Assembly: GCA_040770465.1 (NCBI GenBank)
Contig: JAXGJB010000008.1
Span: forward strand, 1-64,000
Length of the DNA stretch: 64,000 nucleotides
From: Methanothrix sp.
Lineage (GTDB): Archaea; Halobacteriota; Methanosarcinia; Methanotrichales; Methanotrichaceae
Reading direction: 5' to 3'
The notes under the pieces were generated by a model. The model saw only the letters and a program-made list of their open reading frames with translations. It did not search any database and had not been told where the DNA came from. Position numbers and translations under genes: made by a program. This document shows positions 9,603 through 19,500 of the stretch, piece by piece. The number at the start of each line of letters is the position of its first letter. Within the stretch, counting starts at the first letter, position 1.

Positions 9603-11024
9603 ATGGTGGGGGTAAAGACAAAATTCAAGCTCATTTTGGCGCTCCTCGTTCTGACGGCGCTGGCGACACCAGCTGCCGCCGACGACGTGGACGATCTCAT
9701 CCTGGATCTCAAGTACGGGCAGGTCGAAGCCAGGGCCCACGCCGCCCGGTCTCTCGGCGAGATCGCCGATCCAAGAGGTGTCGATCCTCTCATCTCGGCC
9801 CTGGATGACGAGAACGAAACGATCCGATCGCTTGCAGCATCTGCCCTCGGAGAGATACGCGATCCCGGGGCTGTCGACCCCCTCATCGCCGCTCTGAAAG
9901 ATGAGAACGCTGGAGTCCGGGGAGAGGCAGCATCGGCCCTCGGAGAGATACGCGATCCAAGGGCTGTCGATCCCTTAATCTCCGCCGTCAAAGACGAGGA
10001 ACCTTCGGTTCGGACGAGGGCGGCTCTTGCTCTGGGCGAGATCGGTGATCCGGCCGCGATAGAGCCACTCGCCTATCTTGCGTTGAGGGATGCTGACGCT
10101 GGCGTTAGAGGGGGGGCCGTCGATGCCCTGGGCAGAATCAGCGATCCCGGGGCCGTCAACCCCCTGATCGCGGCTTTGAAAGATTGCAATCCGGAAGTTC
10201 GCGGAAAGGCCGCAGGGGCCCTCGCAAGGTCGGGCGACCCTGCCGCATTGAGCCCCCTCATCGAGGCCCACCGTTACGATGAGGCCATCAGCCTCGACCC
10301 AAACTCGTCTCTGGCCTGGGCGGGCAAGGGGCTCACCCTCTACGATCAGGGAATGTATGAGGAGGCGATCCAGGCCTACGACGTCGCCATCGCCCTCGAC
10401 CCAGCCGACCCCTATGCGTGGAACAACAAGGGAGTCGCCCTCAGGGACATGGGGAGGTACGAGGAGGCGATCCAGGCTTACGAGATGGCCATCAGCCTCG
10501 ACCCCGATTACTCCCACGCCTGGTACAACAAGGGGATCGCCCTCGACGAGCTGGGCAGGCACGAGGAAGCGGTCGTCGCCTTCAACCAAGCGATAAGCCT
10601 CGACCCGGAGGACGCCAACGCCTGGAACAACAAGGGGGTCGCCCTCTACGATCAGGGCAAGTACGACGAGGCGATCGAGGCTTACGACGCGGCAATCAGC
10701 CTCGACCCCGAGTATGCCCAGGCCATGAACAACAAGGGAGTCGCCCTCTACGATCAGGGCAGGTACGAGGAAGCGGTCCAGGCTTACGATGAGGCGATAT
10801 GCGCGGACCCCGAGTACGCCCACGCCTGGAAGAACAAAGGGCTCGCCCTCAGGAACCTGGGCAGATACGAAGAGGCGATCGTCGCTTACGACGAGGCGAT
10901 CCGTCTCAACCCCGACGATGCGGAAGCCTGGAAGAGCAAGGGCTTCGCCCTGCAGGCTTTGGGAAGAGACTCCGAAGCACAAGCCGCCTTCGCCCAAGCC
11001 CAGGAGCTTGGGCTGGGGTGCTAG
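9603..11024 (+). CDS. Signal-peptide-bearing HEAT (PBS-lyase-like) plus TPR repeat protein
   Basis: Six ~31-aa VR..AA.ALGEI.DP.AV.PLI repeats, then about seven 34-aa AWNNKG.AL...GRYEEA repeats. Confidence 0.9.
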   Translation: MVGVKTKFKLILALLVLTALATPAAADDVDDLILDLKYGQVEARAHAARSLGEIADPRGVDPLISALDDENETIRSLAASALGEIRDPGAVDPLIAALKDENAGVRGEAASALGEIRDPRAVDPLISAVKDEEPSVRTRAALALGEIGDPAAIEPLAYLALRDADAGVRGGAVDALGRISDPGAVNPLIAALKDCNPEVRGKAAGALARSGDPAALSPLIEAHRYDEAISLDPNSSLAWAGKGLTLYDQGMYEEAIQAYDVAIALDPADPYAWNNKGVALRDMGRYEEAIQAYEMAISLDPDYSHAWYNKGIALDELGRHEEAVVAFNQAISLDPEDANAWNNKGVALYDQGKYDEAIEAYDAAISLDPEYAQAMNNKGVALYDQGRYEEAVQAYDEAICADPEYAHAWKNKGLALRNLGRYEEAIVAYDEAIRLNPDDAEAWKSKGFALQALGRDSEAQAAFAQAQELGLGC

Positions 11025-11239
11025 AGGCGGTCTGCGTCACAAGACGCGGCTGAGGGGGTGTCCTGTGGGAGATGAAATGGCTCCATTCTTGCCCAGGTGG
11101 ACTGTAGATCTCCGGGCAGCGGAAATGGACGCCGGAGCGATGGTGGCGCCGGTCGGCAGGGTGTCTAATGGCAAACTAAACGAAAAAAACTTATACTTGA
11201 GAAATAAGAATAAAGTAAATCGTTGAGGGATGAAAAATC

Positions 11240-11862
11240 ATGAAATTAAAGGTTCTTGCCATATCGGACACCCATGTAGGGGAAGACACATCTCTTCTTT
11301 CATTTCCCAGAGGGCTACAGCATTTGTGGGACGTTCTTCGCAACAGCTTCAACCCGTCCAACCCCGAAGATAAGTTTGAAGTCGAAGAGATGATTTTGTT
11401 AGGAGATATCCCTGATAGAGCTCTCGCCTCTACTTCGCAAATTATTATGCACACGAACGCTTTGATTAAAACTCTGGACAACGTAGCTAATATTAAAAGA
11501 TGGGTATATATTCCAGGAAACCACGACCACACATTGTGGACAAAGTATTGTGAGAGTCGGCACAACGAAAATAGCGGCATTACTCCCCCATCAGGAGAGG
11601 ATATAATTAAAGGGGGTAACCGCTGCGATGATGAAAAGAATCCATGGGCCGAAGACCTATTGTCTCTTTTTTTCGGTTATCCCCACGGTGGCTTCTGGAG
11701 AAACAAGCAAGAAGATAAGGGAGAGGGCTTTGACTTTATTATTGCGAACCCATTGTACGCAAAGCACATCAAAAATCAAAATCTTGAAGACAGAACCTAC
11801 GTCTTCACCCATGGGACACATTTCAGATGGGATGTCAGCTCGCCGGAATGGAAAAAGAAAAT
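11240..11862 (+). pseudogene. Metallophosphoesterase (calcineurin-like), truncated by ISL3
   Basis: SDTH, LLGDIPD, PGNHD and THG motifs; AT-rich; frame runs into the IS left end at 11863. Confidence 0.8.
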
Positions 11863-13163
11863 GGCTCTTCGCTATTCCGTGTGGGTAATAGATAGCCATT
11901 TATCATCTCATGCTATCGAATAAAAAGCATGTCAATCTCACAAGAGGATCTTTTCAAGCAGGCACTGAACCTACAGCCTCCTTGGTTAATCGACTCAATC
12001 GACTTCGACGTGGAAGGGAAGCGACTCGACATCTACATAGATTTCGAACGTGGTGGCAAATTTCCATGTCCTAGATGCGGCAACTCTGAATGCGATGTTC
12101 ATGATACAATCGATAGGACTTGGCGTCATCTAAATTTCTTCCAGTTTAAAACCTACCTTCATTGTCGCGTTCCCAGAACGAAATGTGAAACCTGCGGAGT
12201 CAAACTTGTCAAGGTGCCTTGGGCAAGGAAGGGTAGCGTTTTTTCCCTCCTCATGGATTCCTTGATAATCTTAATGGCTCAGCATATGCCCGTTAAATCT
12301 GTTGCGGACCTGATCGAAGAATGCGATACCCGGATATGGCGAGTCCTGGAGCACTACGTACTAAAAGCAAGATCGGAAGAGGATTTCTCAGAGGTTGAAT
12401 CAGTAGGTGTTGATGAGACATCAAGAGCAAAAGGTCACAAATACGTATCAGTTTTCGTAGATTTGGATAAATCTAAAGTTTTATATGTATGTGAAGGAAA
12501 AGATGCTTCGGCAATTGAGTCGTTTAGAGATGACCTTGAGGATCATAATGGCTCTTTTAAAAATGTACGTAATTTCTGCTGTGATATGTCCCCCGCATTC
12601 ATATCTGGAGTCACTAGGAACTTCCCAGAAACATCAATAACATTCGATAAGTTCCATGTTATGAAGCTGATGAACCAAGCAGTGGATCAAGTGAGACGTG
12701 AAGAGCAATCCCATAACAGCAACTTGAAGCATACAAGATATATCTGGCTAAAAAATCCTGAGAAACTCACGAAAAAACAGAGATATGAATTGGGGTCTCT
12801 AAGAGATATGAGGTTAAAAACCTTGAGAGCTTACAACATCAAATTGAGCTTACGAGATTTCTGGAACTTCAAAGACCCGTTATTGGCCGAAGATTATCTG
12901 AAACGATGGTACTTCTGGGCGACACACAGCAGGTTAAACCCGGTTATTGATACCGCAAAAGCGATCAAGGGGCATTGGAAAGGAGTTCTGAACTATATAA
13001 ATACAAGGATAGATAATGGAATCTTAGAGGGAATAAATAGCCTCATTCAATCGGCAAAAGACGACGCGAGAGGATTCAGAACAACAAAGAATTTCGTCAT
13101 AACTATATATCTAAGATTAGGAAAACTCAAGTTCAACCTACCCACATGAAACAGCGAGGAGCC
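11863..13163 (+). mobile_element. ISL3-family insertion sequence, copy 1 (complete, no target duplication)
   Basis: Imperfect 23-bp IRs GGCTCTTCGCTATTCCGTGTGGG / CCCACATGAAACAGCGAGGAGCC; flanks AAGAAAAT vs TATTTATT. Confidence 0.95.
11929..13149 (+). CDS. ISL3 transposase
   Basis: CPRCG zinc finger, WRHLNFFQ, VPWA, GVDET, CCDMS, FDKFHV, NGILEGIN, ARGFR. Confidence 0.97.
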   Translation: MSISQEDLFKQALNLQPPWLIDSIDFDVEGKRLDIYIDFERGGKFPCPRCGNSECDVHDTIDRTWRHLNFFQFKTYLHCRVPRTKCETCGVKLVKVPWARKGSVFSLLMDSLIILMAQHMPVKSVADLIEECDTRIWRVLEHYVLKARSEEDFSEVESVGVDETSRAKGHKYVSVFVDLDKSKVLYVCEGKDASAIESFRDDLEDHNGSFKNVRNFCCDMSPAFISGVTRNFPETSITFDKFHVMKLMNQAVDQVRREEQSHNSNLKHTRYIWLKNPEKLTKKQRYELGSLRDMRLKTLRAYNIKLSLRDFWNFKDPLLAEDYLKRWYFWATHSRLNPVIDTAKAIKGHWKGVLNYINTRIDNGILEGINSLIQSAKDDARGFRTTKNFVITIYLRLGKLKFNLPT

Positions 13164-14339
13164 TATTTATTCCCTCTAAGATTCCGTTATCTATTCTGGT
13201 GTTAATATAGTTTATAATTCCTTTCCAATGCCCCTTGATCGCTTTTGCGGTATCAATAACCGGGTTTAACCTGCTGTGTGTCGCCCAGAAGTACCATCGT
13301 TTCAGATAATCTTCGGCCAATAACGGGTCTTTGAAGTTCCAGAAATCGCGTAGGCTCAATTTGATGTTGTAAGCTCTCATTGTTTTTAATCTCATATCTC
13401 TGAGAGATTCCAATTCATATCTCTGTTTTTTCGTAAGTTTCTCGGGATTTTTTAGCCAAATATATCTTGTATACTTCAGGTTGCTGTTATGAAATTGCTC
13501 TTCACGTCTCACTTGATCTACTGCTTGGTTCATCAGCTTCATAACATGGAACTTATCGAATGTTATTGAAGTTTCTGGGAAGTTCCTAGTGACTCCAGAT
13601 ATGAATGCGGGGGACATATCACAGCAGAAATTACGTACATTTTTAAAAGATCCTTTATGATCCTCAAGGTCATCTCTAAACGACTCAATTGCTGAAGCAT
13701 CTTTTCCTTCACATACATATAACACCTTGGATTTATCTAAATCTATGAAAACTGATACGTATTTGTGACCTTTTGCTCTGGATGTCTCGTCAACTCCTAC
13801 TGATTCAACCTCTGAGAAGTCCTCTTCCGATCTTGCTTCTAATACGTAGTATTCCAGGACTCGCCATATCCGAGTATCATGTTCTCCGATCAAGTCCGCT
13901 ACAGATTTTACGGGCATGTGCTGAGCCATTAAGATTATCAAGGAATCCATTAGGAGGGAAAAACCGCTACCTTTTCTTGCCCAAGGCACCTTGACAAGTT
14001 TGACTCCGCAAGTTTCGCATTTCGTTCTGGGAACGCGACAATGAAGGTAGGTCTTGAATTGGAAGAAGTTAAGATGACGCCAAGTCCTATCGATTGTATC
14101 ATGAACATCGCATTCAGAGTTGCCGCATCTAGGACATGGAAATTTACCACCACGTTCGAAATCTATGTGGATGTCGAGTCGCTTCCTTCCACGTCGAAGT
14201 CGATTGAGTCGATTAACCAGGGCGGCTGCAAGTTCAGTGCCTGCTTGAAAAGATCTCTTGTGAGATTGACATGCTTTTTATTCGGTAGCATGATTATGAT
14301 AAATGGCTATCTGTTACCCACACGGAATAGCGAAGAGCC
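13164..14339 (-). mobile_element. ISL3 copy 2, defective: last ~124 bp and right IR missing, two 1-bp deletions near the 5' end
   Basis: Left IR ends at 14339, ATG at 14272; CAAGAGAT vs CAAGAGGAT and GGAAGGAAG vs GGAAGGGAAG relative to copy 3; cut after GILEGIN by the right IR of copy 1. Confidence 0.93.
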
Positions 14340-14348
14340 AAAAAAAAG

Positions 14349-14867
14349 TCATGACGGCTCAGGAATCCCCTCGTCCCGCCTTCTTCGCCGCTCCATCATA
14401 TCGATGGCAATGAGAAAGCCGATGGCCCTCTCGGCCAGGGGGTACCTTCCCACAAGCTCCCTGAACCTTCTGTTGTGGCTCGGCTCCAAAAGGTGCGCCA
14501 GCTCGTGGACGACGACGTAGTCCTCGACCCACTGGGGCGCCTCTCTCATCCGGGAGCTGACCCTGATCGTCCCATCCTCGATGGTGCAGCTCCCAAACCT
14601 CTTCATCTGCCGGTCGGAATAGCCTATCGACTTCCAGCGGAGGAGGCCGTCGAAGAACTTCCGGTTCAGGTGCTCGGCCCTCCTCTCCAGATGGTTGTCG
14701 TCCCTCTCCCCCATCCTCTGCTCCATCCGAGCCCTGAGGCTTGATACGTGCTCTGCCAGCTCTCGATCCGAGATGGAGGCCGGCGCCATAATCACCAGGG
14801 TGCCGTCCACCATCCGCGCCTGGACCGTCTTCTTCCGCCGGGCCGACCTCTTGACTATCACTTCCAT
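14349..14867 (-). CDS. YgjP/DUF45-like zinc metallopeptidase family protein
   Basis: RSARRKKTV, FGSC, DYVVVHELAHL..HNRRF. Confidence 0.88.
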   Translation of the reverse strand: MEVIVKRSARRKKTVQARMVDGTLVIMAPASISDRELAEHVSSLRARMEQRMGERDDNHLERRAEHLNRKFFDGLLRWKSIGYSDRQMKRFGSCTIEDGTIRVSSRMREAPQWVEDYVVVHELAHLLEPSHNRRFRELVGRYPLAERAIGFLIAIDMMERRRRRDEGIPEPS

Positions 14868-15009
14868 CCCTACATCTCCATGAATCGGTCGATGTTCTCA
14901 TATGAATTTCTTTCGGATGGATGGGGTTTTTTGAGGCGCGATCAGTTCCCGAAGCCCGCAGGGAAGGTTTTGCGAGGCTGGCCCGGAGCCTCCATACCGC
15001 ACCATATGT

Positions 15010-15486
15010 CTAACCGAACGTGGCTCCTATCCAGCCGCCGACGAGATCGGTGGCTATCACCACCACCGCCAGGATCAACAGGTGTTCTGCCACCACCTTC
15101 CATGCGTCCTTCTCTTGATCTCTCGCCAAAAATATGCTCAGAACCCCCAGAACGAAAAAGCCCCATACGAGGCTCAAAACCACCGCAAAGGTGAGGTCGA
15201 AGAGGAGAACCGGCACGATGAAGGTCGATGCCACCAGGAACTTGGACGCGAAGGTGAAGACCGTCGCCTCCCAGACCTCCCGCGTCGAGTGAACGTTCTC
15301 AGCCTCCTCGGAGATGTGTATACCGAGAGCGTCAGAGAAGGCGTCGGCCACGGCTATCGTCAGTATGCCGCCGATCACCGCAAGCTTCGAGCCCGTGCCC
15401 GAGTTGAGCCCCACCATCAGACCCAGGGTGGTGATGATCCCCGAGGTCAGCCCGAAGCAGAACCCCGTCTTCAACGACTCCTTCAT
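15010..15486 (-). CDS. VIT1/CCC1-like membrane protein
   Basis: FGLTSGIITTLG, IAVADAFSDALGIHISEE; five hydrophobic segments; start moved to MKESLK. Confidence 0.8.
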   Translation of the reverse strand: MKESLKTGFCFGLTSGIITTLGLMVGLNSGTGSKLAVIGGILTIAVADAFSDALGIHISEEAENVHSTREVWEATVFTFASKFLVASTFIVPVLLFDLTFAVVLSLVWGFFVLGVLSIFLARDQEKDAWKVVAEHLLILAVVVIATDLVGGWIGATFG

Positions 15487-15686
15487 GGACCTCGCCGAAC
15501 ACCTAGGATTTGGAGAATAATTATAGCTGTCGCAAGAACTCGATCTCCAAACGCAAATCCCTGAATGTTGGAGGAACTCCACCAATCTTTGGTCTTTTCC
15601 AGCGGGATCCCGAAAGCTACTTCTACTATTAAATGATAATATGTTGTCGTGCAGGCTTTAAGGCCAGGAATAGGAGGAGGATTTTG

Positions 15687-15974
15687 ATGAAGAATTACAT
15701 AATGTTGACCACCCTCACCGAAGAGGGGAGCAGAACTGTGAAAAATCAACCGGAGAGGATCTTGCAGGTGAACAAGGCGGTGGAAAGCTGGGGCGCGAAG
15801 ATCGTCGGTCAGTTCGCCCTCTTCGGACCCTACGACTTCCTGACCCTTCTCCAGGCAGACGACGATATGACGATCCTCAAGATCGCAGCAGAGCTCGGCT
15901 CGAGGGGAACCCTCAAGACCATGACCCTGCCAGCCGTCCCCATCGACGAGTTCGTCAAGGGAATTTCAGAGTGA
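15687..15974 (+). CDS. GYD-domain protein
   Basis: GGAGG RBS; LTEEG..TVK..PER, GPYDF, T.TLPA. Confidence 0.85.
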   Translation: MKNYIMLTTLTEEGSRTVKNQPERILQVNKAVESWGAKIVGQFALFGPYDFLTLLQADDDMTILKIAAELGSRGTLKTMTLPAVPIDEFVKGISE

Positions 15975-16214
15975 TCTCCAACAAAAGCCAAAAATTCGGC
16001 ATTATCTGGGCGAGCCGGCAGAGGTCCATGCAGTGGCCGCCCAGATCGGATAAACGGAAAAGGCGGATGCAGGACGTCGCCGTCATGCCGTCGGAGTGCC
16101 TTTCTCTCCTTCCCGACGTTAAGATCTTTTCTTAGTATTTCATACCATTTGTGAAAGTATCTCAAACAGATACAAATCGTCTCGCTCCAAAATAAGCCTT
16201 CGAGGTGTTGAGAC

Positions 16215-16541
16215 GTGGAAGTTTTAGAGACGAGACTTTATAAAGGGGCTTCGGAGATCGACGAGGTCTTCGGCGTCGTATCGAACATGATCTTCGGCCC
16301 CAGCTTCGACTGGGAGATATCCGACTCGGCCGAAGATAAGCTGGTGATGAAGATCACCGGATGCCCCCTTCTGAAGGAGGCAAACGGGAAGGGACGAGAC
16401 CCCGAAGAGCTTTCCGAAGCTTGTCAGGCCTACTGCAGATCTGCCGTGAAGAACCTAAATCCCAGGTGCAGTCAGGTGTACACCAAGAGGATGTGCACCG
16501 GGGACGGCTACTGCGAAAACGTGATCTCCATCCGAGGATAG
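16215..16541 (+). CDS. Hypothetical Cys-containing protein (DUF6125/V4R-like, possibly a fragment)
   Basis: GAGGTG RBS with GTG start; ITGCP...CQAYC...KRMCTGDGYC. Confidence 0.55.
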   Translation: MEVLETRLYKGASEIDEVFGVVSNMIFGPSFDWEISDSAEDKLVMKITGCPLLKEANGKGRDPEELSEACQAYCRSAVKNLNPRCSQVYTKRMCTGDGYCENVISIRG

Positions 16542-16581
16542 ACGGCTCATTCGCACCCAAAAACCGCCAAAATGAAGGGAT

Positions 16582-16609
16582 GGCCGGGAGACCCAACGGG
16601 TCTCCGGCC
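16582..16609. terminator. GC-rich hairpin between convergent genes
   Basis: GGCCGGGAGACCC-AAC-GGGTCTCCGGCC followed by T-rich sequence. Confidence 0.5.
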
Positions 16610-16632
16610 GCGCATTTTCTTACAAATTTTGA

Positions 16633-17421
16633 CTATCGCGGGCGGCTGTATATGTACCAGTAGATAGCGCCCACGAACAGACCGCCGCCGACGATGTTAC
16701 CCAAGGTCACCGGGATCAGGTTGACGGTGAAGAACTGAGCCCATGTGACGTCGGCTCCGTACATTATCCCCGAGGGGATGAAGAACATGTTGGCGATGCT
16801 GTGCTCAAACCCGATGGCCACGAAGGCCATAATCGGAAACCAGATCCCCAGAACTTTGCTTACCACGTCGTCGGAGGCGATGGCGAGCCAGACCGAGAGG
16901 CAGACCAGCCAATTGCAGCCAACTCCCTTGAAGAAGAGGGGCCAAAAGCCCTGGGAGACCTTCGCCTCGGCTATTCCGGTTATGGTGCCAAGCCAGGGAT
17001 CAGAGGCCAAAAGGCCTGTGATATAGGTCAGGAAGAAGACCACAAATATCGAGCCTATGAAGTTTCCGACGTAAGATACCGTCCAGTTTCGAGCAAGCCC
17101 CGCCCACGAAGCCTTCCTGGAGAGGACCGCCGGAATGCAGCAGGCTGTATTGCCCGTAAAGAGCTCCGCTCCGGCCACCACCACCAGGATCAAACCCACG
17201 GGGAAGACCGCTCCGAAGATGAACTTCTGCAGTCCGGGGTTGTCAACCCGAAGGCCGGGAACTCCACCGCCGACGATGACCGCCAAAAGCCCGCCGAAGG
17301 CGATGAAGGCTCCGGCCAGAAAGCCGAGAGCCAGAAGTGGTCCAAAGGCCATCTCGATCTTGTTACATCCGATGTTGTCGACCGAGCAGGTCGTATCTTT
17401 TGGTGATTTGAATCCCATCAA
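16633..17421 (-). CDS. fdhC: Formate/nitrite transporter (FdhC/FocA family)
   Basis: LAGAFIAFG, FPVGL, GAELFTGN, GNFIG, GVGCNWLVCL, GFEHSIANMF, TLGNIVGG. Confidence 0.93.
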   Translation of the reverse strand: MMGFKSPKDTTCSVDNIGCNKIEMAFGPLLALGFLAGAFIAFGGLLAVIVGGGVPGLRVDNPGLQKFIFGAVFPVGLILVVVAGAELFTGNTACCIPAVLSRKASWAGLARNWTVSYVGNFIGSIFVVFFLTYITGLLASDPWLGTITGIAEAKVSQGFWPLFFKGVGCNWLVCLSVWLAIASDDVVSKVLGIWFPIMAFVAIGFEHSIANMFFIPSGIMYGADVTWAQFFTVNLIPVTLGNIVGGGLFVGAIYWYIYSRPR

Positions 17422-17548
17422 TCATTCTCCCTAAAGTCTCTGATAAAAATGAATCAATGGCGGCCTCCCCGCATTTTGAGAGGGCCAGAGGAGCCCAGAT
17501 ACGAGCCCTTGGCCAGGAACGTGCAGAGAACGCCAGCCAGGTGGGGCC

Positions 17549-18982
17549 TCAGCGGTTCCAAGACCCGTCCTCTCGGAGCCAACGATCGATATCTTCTGCA
17601 GACGTCTTCCCCGCCCCCATGGCGCTGATGACGGTGGCCCCGCCGGTGGTGATGTCCCCTCCGGCCCAGACGCCCTCCCGGGTGGTTCTGCCGTTCTCGT
17701 CCACCACCAGGGTGCCCCACTTTGTGATATCGAGACCCGGGGTGTTGGCAGGTACCAGGGGATTGGGGATCGTGCCCACGGCGATGATGACGGTGTCGAC
17801 GTCCACCACGTGCTCGGACCCCTTCTCGGCCACGGGCCTTCGCCTGCCGCTGGCGTCCGGCTCGCCCAGAACCATCTTCACCACCTCCATGCCAGCGACC
17901 CTTCCGCGGTCGTCTCCCAAAAATCGGGTGGGGTTAGTCAAAAAGTCGAAGATGACGCCCTCCTCTTTGGCGTTCTCGATCTCCTCGAGCCTTGCGGGCA
18001 TCTCCGCTTCGGATCGGCGGTAGACGACGTGAACCTCATCTGCTCCGAGCCTCACGGCACACCGAGCCGCGTCCATGGCTACGTTTCCGCCTCCGACCAC
18101 CGCCACCTTATTCCCCTGCCTGATGGGGGTGTCGTACTCGGGAAACTTGTAGGCCTTCATGAGGTTGACCCGGGTCAGATACTCGTTGGCGGAGTAGACC
18201 CCGTTGAGGTTCTCGCCGGGGACGTTGAGAAAACGCGGCGCTCCAGCGCCGATCCCGAGGAATACCGCGTCAAAATCGTTCTTCAGCAGCTCGTCGACCT
18301 GGACCAGCCTTCCTACCACCGAGTCCAGCTCGAACTCGACGCCCAGGCTCTTGACGTAATCGACCTCGGACCGAACGATATCTTTTGGGAGCCGAAACTC
18401 GGGAATCCCGTATATCAGAACCCCCCCGGCGTCGTGGAGCGCCTCGAAGACAGTGACATTGTGGCCCCTCTTGGCGAGATCGGCGGCGCAGGTGAGGCCA
18501 GCGGGTCCCGCCCCCACCACGGCCACCTTTTTTCCGGTGGGTGGCAAAGCTTCCGCCACCTGGCCTGACCCGCCCTCTTCCGGCGCATTTCTTGACTCCC
18601 AGTCGGCCACAAACCTCTCCAGACGGCCGATGGCGATGGGGGCCCCTTTCTTCCCCAGGACGCACAGGCTCTCGCACTGGACCTCCTGGGGGCAGACCCT
18701 TCCGCATATGCCTGGCAGGCTGTTTTTGGCCTTGATCGTCCTGACCGCATCTTCCATCTCGCCGTCCCGGACGGCCTTGATGAAAGCCGGGATGTCAATT
18801 CCCACGGGGCAGCCTTCCATGCATTTGGGCTTCTTACACTCTAGGCACCTATCGGCCTCTTCGATGGCCTGCTCTTCGGAATAACCACGAGCCACCTCGA
18901 GGAAGTTTCGACTTCTCACCTCGGGAGACTGCTTGGGCATGGAAACCCGATTCAATTTCAGCTTCTTTTCCTTACCAGACAT
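17549..18982 (-). CDS. NfnB/SudA-like (GltD-like) NADP(H)-binding FAD/2x[4Fe-4S] subunit
   Basis: RCLEC...CMEGCPV, CGRVCPQEVQCE, GAGPAG, YGIPEFRLPK, GGGNVAMD, YRRS, AGGD..TG..TV. Confidence 0.9.
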   Translation of the reverse strand: MSGKEKKLKLNRVSMPKQSPEVRSRNFLEVARGYSEEQAIEEADRCLECKKPKCMEGCPVGIDIPAFIKAVRDGEMEDAVRTIKAKNSLPGICGRVCPQEVQCESLCVLGKKGAPIAIGRLERFVADWESRNAPEEGGSGQVAEALPPTGKKVAVVGAGPAGLTCAADLAKRGHNVTVFEALHDAGGVLIYGIPEFRLPKDIVRSEVDYVKSLGVEFELDSVVGRLVQVDELLKNDFDAVFLGIGAGAPRFLNVPGENLNGVYSANEYLTRVNLMKAYKFPEYDTPIRQGNKVAVVGGGNVAMDAARCAVRLGADEVHVVYRRSEAEMPARLEEIENAKEEGVIFDFLTNPTRFLGDDRGRVAGMEVVKMVLGEPDASGRRRPVAEKGSEHVVDVDTVIIAVGTIPNPLVPANTPGLDITKWGTLVVDENGRTTREGVWAGGDITTGGATVISAMGAGKTSAEDIDRWLREDGSWNR

Positions 18983-19172
18983 CGTATCCCGCTTCGATAT
19001 TGTGGCTCAGTCGGCGTTTCAGATGACCCCGCGCTCCGACGTCAATTTCATGATGGCGCTTCAGTTCAGGGAGCCGGCATATCGCCGACCTTCAATCCAT
19101 CCGCCCCTCTGACGGAGACTGCCGCCATCGATATTTCTTCGTAAGGGCTGATGGATTCAACCTATGCCTCGA

Positions 19173-19190
19173 TATTTAAATCTTTTCGGT
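19173..19190 (-). promoter_or_regulatory. BRE-TATA promoter for the nfnB-like/fdhC unit
   Basis: ACCGAAAAGATTTAAATA on the minus strand. Confidence 0.65.
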
Positions 19191-19500
19191 TTGCTCTTCC
19201 GCCGGCATAACCCGATCCTTCAGCATGCTTTTGGCCGTCCGATCCATCTTTAATCGGACTGGACTGGCGTGATGGTTGCTTTCTTGAGGTTGTTGCATAA
19301 ATATCGATATCGTTTGTCACATTTAGATAATTCATTTGCCGTTTGCCGGACGGCTTTTTCCTATTCATTTATACATAAACTTTCGCATCCTGCTGCACGG
19401 ACCGCTCCATTTCTTCCAAATATGCCACCAATAAATCTCATTTCAGCTCTAAATTAGGAGCAACTTAGAAATATGACCTGCAATCTCCTAAAATAACGCG

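Noticed and set aside
9720-10960. 93- and 102-bp nucleotide repeats as a CRISPR array or DGR template/variable repeats
   Set aside because: In-frame HEAT/TPR coding repeats with no unique spacers, no reverse transcriptase and no adenine-specific differences
14180-14260. Programmed frameshifting in ISL3 copy 2
   Set aside because: These are two single-G losses in short G runs absent from copies 1 and 3; decay or consensus error is more likely
11863-14339. Fold-back sequencing artefact as the origin of the inverted IS pair
   Set aside because: The arms differ at many synonymous and nonsynonymous sites, and the junction falls exactly at an IR end
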